A DNA stretch of 64,000 nucleotides from contig JAWLHY010000002.1 of the NCBI GenBank assembly GCA_041690135.1, positions 448,001 through 512,000 of the forward strand, read 5' to 3'. The notes beneath the pieces are model-generated. The model had not been told where the DNA came from. It saw nothing but the letters and a program-made list of their open reading frames with translations, and ran no database searches. The translations under genes were made by a program, and so were the position numbers. Origin of the DNA: Armatimonadota bacterium. Its GTDB lineage: Bacteria; Armatimonadota; SYMT01. This document shows, piece after piece, positions 1 to 9,900 of this stretch; the stretch's first letter is position 1; the number at the start of each line of letters is the position of its first letter.

Positions 1-1368
1 CGCTGAGCTTCCGCCCTTCTTACCGAAGCAGTAGAGCTTGTCCGTGGTGAGGACGTAGACCTTGCCGTTCCAGATCGCCGGCGCACCCAGGCTGCGGCCT
101 TCGAGCTGGACCTTGCAGAGCTCCTTGGCCCCCTGGTCGGAGGGCTGGATGATGAAGAACGTCCCGTTGTGCATCGGGATGTACAGCTTGCCGTCGGCGT
201 AGAGCGGAGAGGCGTGGAGCTGGTCCGGCGCCATCTTGTGCTCCCACAGGATCTTGCCGTTATCCGCGTTCACGGCGGCGAGGGAGCCCGTCTTCGTCAC
301 CTGGTAGATCCGGTTGCCCACGAGCACGGGAGAGCTCGAAATGGTTTCCAGGTGGTTTCGCCACACCTCCGCCGCGCGTTCCAGTACCGGTGCTCCCGCC
401 TCGCTTGGTTTCCCTTCCGCCATGGAATTGATCGCGATCTGGCGGCCGATCTCGGAGTTGTCCAGGTTCTCGTCGGCGTGGATGGCGATTACGCGGTCCT
501 TGTAGAGGAGGACTGAGGGGTTCACCCCGCCTGCGGAGAGCGGCAGGCGCCAGATCCCCTCGCCGGTGCGTGCGTTCACGCAGGCGACGTTGCCGCAGCC
601 GAGGCCGGTGTAGAAGACCCGCTTGCCGTTGCGCCAGGCAAAGACCGGCCGGGAGAAGACGTTGTCTTTCGGGCGGTCGCCGGGGCTGGAGGTCCACACC
701 AGGTCGCCCGTCTTCTTATCGAAGGCGTAGAAGCGGTCCTTCGCCGGGCCGTCCGCGCCCCAGTTGCTGGTGATGTAGCGGGTGATGACCAGCTCGTTCT
801 CGATGAACGGGGAGCCGTTGCGGCCGTTGGGGAAGGTGAGGCGGCCGAACTCGTCCATCATCGAGTGCTGCCACACGAGTTTCCCCTGCGGCGTGAAGGC
901 ACTGAACAGGCCCGCGGCGGTCACCACGTAGACGTTGCCGGTCTCGGGATCGATGCAGGGGCTGCCGATGGCGTACCGGTCATAGATGATGTCGCTGAGG
1001 AAGTCGCTGAAGCGGTGTTCCCACAGCTTCTTGCCCGTCTCCGCGTCGGCACAGAACAGCACTTCTTGGAGATCCGGGCCCTGGCCGGAATAACCGAGGG
1101 CGAACAGCTTCCCGTTGGCGATCACCGGCGACCCGGCGCCGCTGATCTTCATGGTCCAGAGCGCTGCATCCGGCGAGACGGTGGCGGGCAGCCCCTTCTC
1201 GGGGCTGGTCCCATCCTGGTTCGGCCCGCGCCAGTCCAGCCAGCCGCGCACCGGCGCCGACTTCGTGGCAGCCGCCTTGCCCGCTTGAGCCGAAGCGGCG
1301 CCCGTCACTCCCGCCAGCAGCAGGACGGCTCCCGCCGCTACCGGCAGCGGAGAAATCTTCCTCTTCAT
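1..1368 (-). CDS. PQQ-like beta-propeller repeat protein (BamB-like family), 3' end runs off the window
   Basis: Read manually from ATG at 1368: MKRKISPLPVAAGAVLLAG (signal peptide), WLDWRGPNQDG, SPVIANGKLF, CADAETGKKLW, HASPLYADGKLY, GAPAIWNGKVY. No stop before position 1. Confidence 0.85.
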   Translation of the reverse strand, partial: MKRKISPLPVAAGAVLLLAGVTGAASAQAGKAAATKSAPVRGWLDWRGPNQDGTSPEKGLPATVSPDAALWTMKISGAGSPVIANGKLFALGYSGQGPDLQEVLFCADAETGKKLWEHRFSDFLSDIIYDRYAIGSPCIDPETGNVYVVTAAGLFSAFTPQGKLVWQHSMMDEFGRLTFPNGRNGSPFIENELVITRYITSNWGADGPAKDRFYAFDKKTGDLVWTSSPGDRPKDNVFSRPVFAWRNGKRVFYTGLGCGNVACVNARTGEGIWRLPLSAGGVNPSVLLYKDRVIAIHADENLDNSEIGRQIAINSMAEGKPSEAGAPVLERAAEVWRNHLETISSSPVLVGNRIYQVTKTGSLAAVNADNGKILWEHKMAPDQLHASPLYADGKLYIPMHNGTFFIIQPSDQGAKELCKVQLEGRSLGAPAIWNGKVYVLTTDKLYCFGKKGGSSA

Positions 1369-1414
1369 CCTAAATAGCTCCATTACGACTACGGTTTTTC
1401 GGGAACGAGATCAC

Positions 1415-1580
1415 GGTTGGCAAGTCGGAAGGTTGAAAGTTGCAGGTTAGACTCCCGCTACCCCCACTTGTGACTACAGAGGCACCCTGAACTGGTACAA
1501 GGCTGGGAAGCCCGAAGACCGCGCTCTCAACCTTTCAATCCATAAACTTGCCAACTTTCAACTTTCAACCTTCAACTTGC
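1415..1580. repeat. Inverted 7/8-bp short tandem repeat arrays (AAGTTGA-like, then TTTCAAC-like) around a ~75-bp spacer
   Basis: 1415-1450 ggttggcaagtcggaaggttgaaagttgcaggttag; 1526-1580 ctcaacctttcaatc...ttgccaactttcaactttcaaccttcaacttgc. Confidence 0.8.
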
Positions 1581-1601
1581 ATCCACATCTGCCAAACTCG
1601 C

Positions 1602-2831
1602 CTACGTACTGCGCACATCAAGGCAAACGAGATCGCCTTCGTGGCTGCGACAGTAGATTCGGCCATTGGCCAGCACCGGATGGGTCCAGCACTGCCCGCG
1701 CAAAACGTTGGCTCGCGCCAGCTCGGAATAACGCTGCGGGGTGGCGGCAGCCAGGACGAGCTCGCCCCGGCCCGTCAGTACAATTAGCTTGCCGTCCGCC
1801 GCGATAAGTCCTCCCTTGTCCATCCCGCGGCTCTGCCAGCGCTCTTGTCCGGTGCGCGCATCGAGGCATTTCAGGCGGCCGTCGTCATTGCCGTACAGGT
1901 GCCCGCCTACCAGCACGCTTCCGTTGAAGTGGTTCCGCATGTTGCGGTTCTCCCACAACACACGCGGCCGGACTCCCTGTAGTTGCAGCATCGCGCAGCC
2001 GTGGTTATAGCCGGAGGAAATGAACACCTGGTCGCCGTTGAAGAGCGGGTCGGCGGCATTCACGTCGTACTCGGTCCGCCACGGGTGGTCCCAGATACGT
2101 CGCCCGTTCGCGGGGTTGATCCCGATCAGGGCCGTCGCGCCGAAGATGGCTACCGCCCACTCCTTGCCCCGGGCGAATGCCACGGGGGAGGCATAGCCGG
2201 CCGCCCCGCCGCCCGACTGCCAGAGGAGCCGGCCCGTCTTCTTATCCAGCGCCGTGCCGTGGGTCCCCACGTTGTAGATGACCCGGTCGCCGAACACCAG
2301 CGGTGACCCCGCGAAGCCCCAGCGTGGAACCGCGGCGCGTACCGCCCGTTGGAGGTCGTTCCGCCACACCACCTTGCCGGTGGCCGCGTTCAGGCAGAGG
2401 GCCAGCCCCTCCCGGCTGAGGGTGTAGACGTTGCCCCCCTCGACATCGGGTGTCGCGCGCGGACCCGAGTAGTCCCCCCCGCCGCACGGGTAGTTGGAGC
2501 GCCACAGCACCTTGCCGGTATCCGCGTTCAGGCAGAGGACGGAATCCTGTCCCCCGGTGTTGCCCAGGGTGTAGACCCGCCCGCCCGCCACGGCCACGGA
2601 AGAGTAGCCCTCTCCCACGCGCGCAGACCAGAGCCGCCGCGGCCCGGAAGCCGGCCAGCGAGCCAGCCAGCCCTTCTCATCGGAATGGCCGGTGCGCCGG
2701 GGGCCTCGCCACTGCGGCCAATCCGCGGCGAGAGCCGGAAGCTCGGAAAGCGCCGCCAGCGCACCTCCGGAGGCCAGGGCGAGCCCGCCCCGCAGGAGAT
2801 TTCGCCGGGAAACCTGTTCGCGTTCGTTCAT
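1602..2831 (-). CDS. Tat-exported PQQ-like beta-propeller repeat protein
   Basis: SRRNLL Tat motif, ADWPQWRGP, repeated CLNADTGKVLW-type blades, WTHPVLANGRIYCR. Confidence 0.88.
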   Translation of the reverse strand: MNEREQVSRRNLLRGGLALASGGALAALSELPALAADWPQWRGPRRTGHSDEKGWLARWPASGPRRLWSARVGEGYSSVAVAGGRVYTLGNTGGQDSVLCLNADTGKVLWRSNYPCGGGDYSGPRATPDVEGGNVYTLSREGLALCLNAATGKVVWRNDLQRAVRAAVPRWGFAGSPLVFGDRVIYNVGTHGTALDKKTGRLLWQSGGGAAGYASPVAFARGKEWAVAIFGATALIGINPANGRRIWDHPWRTEYDVNAADPLFNGDQVFISSGYNHGCAMLQLQGVRPRVLWENRNMRNHFNGSVLVGGHLYGNDDGRLKCLDARTGQERWQSRGMDKGGLIAADGKLIVLTGRGELVLAAATPQRYSELARANVLRGQCWTHPVLANGRIYCRSHEGDLVCLDVRST

Positions 2832-2993
2832 CAGCTACCTCTGAGACCCTCGTCCTCTATCTCATACGCGCCTGTAAGGGAGTACGTCAGGACCCGCCTC
2901 CGCGTTCGCGGTTTTTTCACTGAGAAGCCCGAGCCGGTCGTTGTCGCCATTGCCGAATGGGCAATCTCGCCGACAGCTCTGGTGACGGTCGTT

Positions 2994-3065
2994 CCCCTCT
3001 CCCGCAGCGTGGGACGGGCGCCCTTTGGGCAGGGGGTACCCCGTACGGGGTGGCAGGGGTGAGGG
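2994..3065. repeat. Divergent copy of the CCCCTCTC...GGGGTGAGG REP-like palindrome with an internal insertion
   Basis: cccctctcccgcagcgtggga...ggcaggggtgaggg shares its ends with the copies at 31255 and 41843. Confidence 0.5.
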
Positions 3066-3166
3066 CCGCTCCGTAGATTCGTCCGTTGCCGAATGGACCC
3101 GATCCTCCTCTGGTGACGATTGCAAGCTAAACCCAACAATTAATCCGGAGGACTTCAGGCCTAAAT

Positions 3167-3181
3167 CTTTTACGTATAAAG
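3167..3181. promoter_or_regulatory. Candidate MarR operator (imperfect AT-rich palindrome)
   Basis: CTTTTACGTATAAAG directly upstream of the marR ATG in an AT-rich patch of a high-GC genome. Confidence 0.35.
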
Positions 3182-3191
3182 TAATACTCCG

Positions 3192-3692
3192 ATGAGCGAT
3201 CTTCCTTCCGATACCCAACCTGGTCTTACTGAGCGCTTACTGGCCGAAGACCCGGCCTTCTCCTCCTGGTGGTTCCTGGCACGCGCCTACCACTCGTTCG
3301 CCGCGCGTACCAGCCGCTTCTTCGAGGAGCAGGGGATCACCGGTTCCCAGTATGGGGTACTGCGTTGTCTCCACGAAGCCGGGGAGGAAGGGTTGATGCT
3401 CAGTGAACTTTCCAAGCGGCTGATGGTCTCCTGTGGCAATACGACCGGGGTCGTCGACCGCCTGGAGCAAGCTGGATACTTGCGCCGCGAGCGCTGTATG
3501 GGCGACCGTCGCGTCGTGTGGGCTCGCCTCACCCCGGAGGGCGCGCAAGTCTACCTCCGGGTCATGCCCGCTTACATCCGGCTAATCCGTGAACTTTGCG
3601 CCGGGCTTTCCCGGCCGGAACAGGAAGCAATCACCGTCTGTTGCGAGAAGCTCCACCTCGCACTCGAAGAAAGCAAGCAAGAAGAGGAATGA
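3192..3692 (+). CDS. MarR family transcriptional regulator
   Basis: GITGSQYGVL, LSELSKRLMVSCGNTTGVVDRLEQAGYL, DRRVVWARLTPEG. Confidence 0.92.
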   Translation: MSDLPSDTQPGLTERLLAEDPAFSSWWFLARAYHSFAARTSRFFEEQGITGSQYGVLRCLHEAGEEGLMLSELSKRLMVSCGNTTGVVDRLEQAGYLRRERCMGDRRVVWARLTPEGAQVYLRVMPAYIRLIRELCAGLSRPEQEAITVCCEKLHLALEESKQEEE

Positions 3693-5149
3693 ACAGGTAC
3701 CGTTCCCAGGTGGGAGTTAGAGTGGGAGTCCCCAACCCGATCCGCGCCCTGCCGGTGGCCGCGCTTTCCCTGAGTGCGTGGACGGCTGCCGGGGCCCAAC
3801 CGCCTCAGCCAGTCGTGCCGCCGCCCGCTTCCGGAGCGGGGGAAGTCCGGCCGGCCATGCCGCCAGTTCCAGGCACACCGAACCCACCGGGTCTTCCGGG
3901 GATAGCTGGGGTAGAAGGACCGGCGTTAACGCTGGAAGAGGCGGTGGCGTTGGCAGTTCGGAACAACCCGCGCGTGGGCGAGGCGGCCGCACGGGTCCGC
4001 GAGGCCCGAGCGCGCATCACCCAGGCTCGAGCCCTGCGTTTGCCACAGGCCTCGCTCGACGCCAATGCGTTCCGCCAGGGGCCGGTCATTCCGGCGTTCC
4101 AACCGGGCGCGGACCCGGTGGTGCCCCCTTATCGCTGGACGGTCGGGGTCTTCCTGAACCAGATCCTGTTCGACTGGGGCCAGCGTTCGGCCCTCCAGCG
4201 GGCGGCGGAGCGGCGGACGGAGTCGCAGGAGTTTACCCTGGCGGAAACGCAGAACGACGTGCGCCTGGTAGTGGCGGTCGCTTACTACAACATCCTGCGC
4301 GCGCAGCAGTTACTGGAGGTCGCCCGGGAGCGACGAGAGGCGGCGGCCGAGCAACTCCGGGTGGCGCGCGCCCGCTTCGAGGCTGACATTGTGCCCCGTT
4401 TCGACGTAATTCGCAGCGAGGCGGAGTTGGCGAACGCGGAGCAGGATGTGATTGCGGCGCAGAACGAGATCGCCCTGGCGGAAGCGACCTTCAACACGGC
4501 CTTGGGCCGGGACGTGGTCACGCCGGTAGCCCTGGAGTACAAGCCCGAGCCTGCGGTGACCGTCTCGTTTGAGCAGGCACGGCGAATGGCCCTGGAGAAC
4601 CGGCCCCAGCTCGCCGCCATCCGGGAGGAGATCGAGGCCGGCCAGGCGGATGTGCGCTCCCGCCGGGCAGAGAACAAGCCGCAGATCGGCCTTTCCGCCG
4701 CTTACGACCGCCGCCAGGCGACCGGCTTCCAGGCGGGCTATACGTACAACGCCGGCCTGGTGATGACCTTCCCCTTCCTGGATAGCGGCCTCACGCGGGG
4801 CCGGGTGCGGGAGGCCCAGGCCCAGGTCGCCCAGGACCGGCAGCTCCTGGAGCAGGCCCGCCAGCAGCTGGAGCTCGATATCCGCCAGGCACAGCTCGAC
4901 ATGATCGAGGCCCGGAAGCGGGTGGAGACCGCCCAGCAGGAGCTGCGCGCGGCCCGGGAAGCGCTCCGCGTCGCGGAGGTGCGGTACCGCTCCGGCGTGG
5001 GCACCACCGTCGAGGTGACGGATGCACAACTGGCCCTGGCCCGCGCGGGACAAAACCTCGCGAACGCCGAATTCGATTATCAAACCGCCGTCTCCCGGAT
5101 CGAGTACGCGACCGGGGTCCCCGTCGAGCGCTTCAGCGAGACACGTTAG
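3689..5149 (+). CDS. TolC family outer membrane efflux protein
   Basis: LTLEEAVALAVRNNP, two OEP repeats (ARARFEAD..FDV; AEVRYRSGVGTTVEVTDAQ). ATG at 3689 overlaps the marR stop (ATGA). Confidence 0.9.
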   Translation: MNRYRSQVGVRVGVPNPIRALPVAALSLSAWTAAGAQPPQPVVPPPASGAGEVRPAMPPVPGTPNPPGLPGIAGVEGPALTLEEAVALAVRNNPRVGEAAARVREARARITQARALRLPQASLDANAFRQGPVIPAFQPGADPVVPPYRWTVGVFLNQILFDWGQRSALQRAAERRTESQEFTLAETQNDVRLVVAVAYYNILRAQQLLEVARERREAAAEQLRVARARFEADIVPRFDVIRSEAELANAEQDVIAAQNEIALAEATFNTALGRDVVTPVALEYKPEPAVTVSFEQARRMALENRPQLAAIREEIEAGQADVRSRRAENKPQIGLSAAYDRRQATGFQAGYTYNAGLVMTFPFLDSGLTRGRVREAQAQVAQDRQLLEQARQQLELDIRQAQLDMIEARKRVETAQQELRAAREALRVAEVRYRSGVGTTVEVTDAQLALARAGQNLANAEFDYQTAVSRIEYATGVPVERFSETR

Positions 5150-5184
5150 CGAACGTATTGTCTCTGACCCAGCGAAACCAGACC

Positions 5185-6915
5185 ATGAAACGCATTAGTG
5201 CAATCCTCGGAATGATCGTGACCCTGGTCGCCGCGTTCGTGCTGCTCGGCGGCAAGAAGGCGGAGGGCCCGGCCCAGGCCGGTGGCGTGATGAACGCTTC
5301 CGCCAAGGCGCCGGGCGGCGGCGGAGCCCCGAAAGGCCCGCAGGCGCTTCCCGTCCTGGCCTCTGGCGTGCTGCAGCGCGAGATGCGTCAGATTCTGGAG
5401 GTCACCGGCAGTCTTCGCACCGATGAAGATGTGGAGATCGGCAGCCGCATAGAAGGCAAGGTCGTGGCCGTGAATGCGAAGGAGGGCGACCGCGTCGCCG
5501 CCGGTCAGGTGCTGGTCCGCCTGGACGACCGGGAACTCCGCGCCCAGCTCGCACGGGCCCGAGCGATGCTCTCCGCTGCGGAAGCCCGGCTCTCCCTGGC
5601 GCACAACCAGGCCTCCTTCAAGGACACCACGGCCCAGTCCGACCATCAGAAGGCCCAGGCGGGCCTGACGGCGGCGAAGTCGCGGCTCCAGCAGGCGCAG
5701 ACGAACCTGAAGCTGATCGAGACCGAAACGCGCCTCCGGGTCGAAACGGCCCAATCGGGGGTCCGCGTCGCCCGCGAGCGGCTCTCCATCGCCAAGGAGC
5801 TCACCCGCACCCAGGAGTTGAAGCAGGCCCAACTTGCCGTGGACCAGATGAAGGCGCGGCTCGGGCAGGCGAAGGTGGACGTGGACAACGCCCGCCAGAT
5901 GTTCGAGCGCCGCCAGATGCTCTTCAAGCAGGATGCCATCGCCAAGGAAGAGGTCGATGAGGCCGAGCGCCGCTTCAAGTCGATGCAGGCGGAGCAGCGC
6001 GTGGCGGAGGCGGACGTCGCCGCCGCCGAGGCGAAGCTCGACCTGGCGAAGGAAGGCTCTCGCGGGGAGGAGATCCGGATCGCCGAGGGCCAGACCGTGG
6101 CCGCCGAGCGCGCCCTGGAGCAGGCCCTGAGCGACGAGCGGCGCAAGCAGGTCGCCCAGGACGAGGTGAACACCGCGAAAGCCAACCTCCTCCAGGCCGA
6201 GGCGGCCGTGAAGTCCGCGGAAGCCGGGCTGGTGCAGACCAAGATCTCCCAGGACGACATCAACAGCGCCCGCGCCAGCCGGGACCAGGCGAAGGCCGAC
6301 ATCGCCTTCTACATGACCCAACTCGAAGACCTGGTGATCCGGGCGCCTGTTTCCGGCGTGGTTTCCACCCGCACCGTGAACACGGGCGAGATGGTGACGA
6401 AGAGCAGCCGCCTGATGACCCTGGTGGCGCTCGATACGGTCTATTTCGAGGCCATGGTGCCCGAGCTGGACGTGAACCTGCTCCGCCCCGGCGCCACCTG
6501 CGACGTAACGGTGGATGCTCTCCCCGGCAAGCAGTTCAAGGGCACCGTCCGCGAAGTGATCCCGGTCGCCGACCGCACCAGCCGCTCTTTCCGGGTGCGG
6601 GTGGCCGTGCTGGGCAGCAAGAACCAGTTGCCGGCCAACGGTTATGCCCGCGCGCGGGTGTTCGTGGGCACGCGCCCCGGAGCCCTGGCGGTGACCAAGG
6701 ACGCCGTCTTCACCGAGTCCGGCGACAAGCTGGTGTGGCTCATTGCGGAGGGCGAAGACGGCGGCTATGTCGCCAAGCGGCAGCCCGTCTCCGTGGGCCT
6801 GGTGGATGACCGTTACGCCGAGATCACCTCCGGCCTGGAGGTGGGACAGCGCGTCATCGCCGCCGGCTCTCCGGCGATTATCGACGGCACCCCGATTTCG
6901 ATTGCTACCCGCTAA
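5185..6915 (+). CDS. RND efflux periplasmic adaptor (MFP) with very long alpha-helical hairpin
   Basis: N-terminal TM anchor, IGSRIEGKVVAVNAKEGDRV lipoyl half, IRAPVSGVV, C-terminal VGLVDDRYAEITSGLEVGQRVI. Confidence 0.9.
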   Translation: MKRISAILGMIVTLVAAFVLLGGKKAEGPAQAGGVMNASAKAPGGGGAPKGPQALPVLASGVLQREMRQILEVTGSLRTDEDVEIGSRIEGKVVAVNAKEGDRVAAGQVLVRLDDRELRAQLARARAMLSAAEARLSLAHNQASFKDTTAQSDHQKAQAGLTAAKSRLQQAQTNLKLIETETRLRVETAQSGVRVARERLSIAKELTRTQELKQAQLAVDQMKARLGQAKVDVDNARQMFERRQMLFKQDAIAKEEVDEAERRFKSMQAEQRVAEADVAAAEAKLDLAKEGSRGEEIRIAEGQTVAAERALEQALSDERRKQVAQDEVNTAKANLLQAEAAVKSAEAGLVQTKISQDDINSARASRDQAKADIAFYMTQLEDLVIRAPVSGVVSTRTVNTGEMVTKSSRLMTLVALDTVYFEAMVPELDVNLLRPGATCDVTVDALPGKQFKGTVREVIPVADRTSRSFRVRVAVLGSKNQLPANGYARARVFVGTRPGALAVTKDAVFTESGDKLVWLIAEGEDGGYVAKRQPVSVGLVDDRYAEITSGLEVGQRVIAAGSPAIIDGTPISIATR

Positions 6916-6939
6916 GCCCAGAACCAGGGAACTTTTGAA

Positions 6940-9900
6940 ATGTGGCTGACACGCCTTGCCATCCATCGACCGGTCTTCGTGATCGTGTTGATGTCTACTC
7001 TGGTCCTTCTGGGGCTCTTCTCCCGCTCGAAGATGCAGGTCGAGGAGCGCCCCCGCGTCGACATCCCCTACGTGACGGTGACCACCACCTACCCCGGCAC
7101 CGGCCCGGCGGAGATGGAGAGCCTGATCACGAAGCCGCTCGAAGACGCGGTGAGCTCCGTTAATGGGATCCGGAACATCACCTCCAGCTCCCAGTACGGC
7201 ATCTCCTTCGTCCAGCTCGAGTTCTACATCGGGACGAACTCCTACTTCGCGGCCCAGGAAGTGCGGCAGAAGGTGGAAGGCGTCCGGCGGCGGCTCCCGC
7301 GGGACATCGACCCGCCCGTGGTCGACCGGTTGGACATCAACGCCCAGCCGGTGCTTTACCTCGGCATGAAGGGGGACCGGTCGATCAAGCAGCTCCGCTT
7401 CCTGGCGGACACGCAGATCAAGTACCGGCTCGCCCAGGTGCCGGGTGTTGGCCAGGTGGACGTAACCGGCGGCGACGTCCGGGAGATCCGGGTCGCCGTG
7501 AACAAGCGCCGGCTGGAGGCGTGGAACCTCTCCATCAACGACGTGGTGAGCGCCATCTTCCGGGCGAACGCGAATATTCCCAGCGGCCACGTGACCGAAG
7601 GCGCGCGGGACTACGACGCCCGCCTGATCGGCGAGTTCGGGAGCGCCGAGCAGATCCAGGCGCTCGACCTTCCGGTCGGCACCGGCGCCAACGCCACGTC
7701 GCTCAAGCTGCGGGACGTGGCGACCGTGTCGGATACCGTGGCCGAGCGCCAGACGGTCACCCGGATCTGGATGCGCGACCACCCCGGCGAGGAGATGGTC
7801 GGCGCGGACAGCGTGGGGATCACCATCGGCAAGCTCTCCGAGGCGAACACCGTGGAAGTGGTGGACCGCGTCAAGGTCGAGCTCGCCAAGATGGAAAAAG
7901 ACATGCCGGGGAACATCCGGTTCCAGGTCACGCAGGACGAATCGCTGCGGGTCCGGTATGCCCTGGAAGACATCAACGTCAGCCTCATCCTCGGGGCGCT
8001 GCTGGCGTGTATGGTCGTCTTCCTCTTCCTCCACAACATGCGCGGGACCCTCATCTGCGCGATCGCCATCCCCACCTCGCTCATCGCTTCCTTCATCCCG
8101 ATGTACTTCCTCGGGCAGTCGCTCAACAGCATGACGATGCTGGGGCTGTCGCTGGTGGTCGGGATTCTGGTCGACGACTCGATCGTGGTGCTGGAGAACA
8201 TCTACCGGCACCTGTACAAGGGGGAGACACCCACGGAGGCGGCGCTGAACGGGCGCGGTGAAATCGGGAACGCGGCCGTCATCATCACCCTGGTGGACGT
8301 GGTGGTGTTCCTTCCGATGCTCTGGATGGGCGGCATCATCGGCCAGTTCTTCCGGGCGTTCGGTCTCACCGTCGCGGTGGCCACGCTGTTCTCGCTGCTC
8401 GTCTCCTTCACCATCACCCCGTGGCTGGCGTCGCGCTGGTATCGGCTGGGGGAAAACCTGGAGGAGAAGCGCGGCGCCTTCCTGCTGCTGGAGCGGGGCT
8501 TCCGCGCGGTTGAAATCGGCTACCGGCACTTCCTGGCGTGGTGTCTCGATGCGCCCCGCTGGTTTGTTATCACCGTCTGTGCGGGGCTGGCGCTCTGGCT
8601 GCTCCGGGCCGGCATCCCCGCCGACTCGGTGAACCTGACTTACTCGATCGCCCTGCTGGTCTGCCTGGTCGCCACCGTGATCTTCATCGGGGTGGGCTGG
8701 TGGCAAACCGCCTCCCGCATGGCGATCTTTGCCCTCGGCACCCTGTTCTTCGTCTTCACGATGCAGGTCTATGGGCCGCGGATGAAGATCGGTTACATCC
8801 CGGTCTACGACCAGAGTAAGCTGGGCCTCTTCCTCGAGCTGCCGGCCGGCGCCAGCCTGCAGGAAACGGACCGTATCACGAAGCAGATCGAGGAGATCGT
8901 TACCGGCGTGCCGGAAGTGGCCACCGTCTTCACTACCGTCGGCCAGATCCAGGGCGGCTTCCGCGCGGCGCCGGAAACGGGCCGGCAGTACGCCCAGCTC
9001 GCCATCCAGCTCTATGAAAAGCCGGACCTCCTGGAAACGATCAACCCGTGGACCCCGGAGCACAAGCGGATCATGGACTGGCGACAGCGGACCGACGCCG
9101 ACGTCGCCGGGGAGATCCGTAAAAAGATGGCGGCCGTGGCGGGAGCTAAAGCGGTAGTGGTGCCTCTCCGGGGCTTCGGGGGCCTCGCTGCCCCCGTGCA
9201 GGTGGAGTTGCTCGGCTTCAACCTCGATCAGATGAAAACGACGTCGGAAGAGATCCGCGGCAAGTTGGCCAAGATCCCCGGCGTCATCAATCCGGACATT
9301 TCGCTGCGGCCCGGTAAACCGGAAGCCCAGGTGACGGTGGACCGCGAGAAAGCCGCCCGCTACGGACTGGACGTCACCCAGATCGGTACCGCCCTGCGCA
9401 GCGCCTACGAAGGCAATATCGACGCCAAGTTCCGCGAGCAGGGCGAACAGTTCGATATCCGCGTCCAGTTCGCCGAGTTCGACCGGTCGCGCATCGACGA
9501 GGTCGGCAGCGTGGTCGTGGGCCGGGTCAACACGGAGTACGGTCCGCAGGCGATCCGCCTCAACCAGGTGGCCACGATCGCTATGGGCGAGGGCCCGAAC
9601 AAGATCGACCGCAAGAACCGTCTGCGGAAAGCCACGGTGAGCGCCTACGTGCTCCCCGGCGTGGTGGCGCTCAACGTGAACCAGGCGATCGAGGACGAGA
9701 TCTCAAAGATGCCGCTGGGGGAGATGAAGGTGACCGCCGGCGGCGACGCCGACCGGGCTCGCACGGAGTACCCGCACCTGGCGCTCTCCCTGGCAATGTC
9801 GTTCGTGCTGGTCTACCTCCTGATGGCGGTGCTCTTCGATAACCTGCTCCACCCGTTCACCATCCAGCTCTCCCTGCCGATGGCGCTCGTCGGCGCCGTG

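Noticed and set aside
5146-9063. 1305-aa minus-strand ORF and many other long antisense ORFs
   Set aside because: These are shadow ORFs of high-GC genes on the opposite strand and contain no recognisable motifs.
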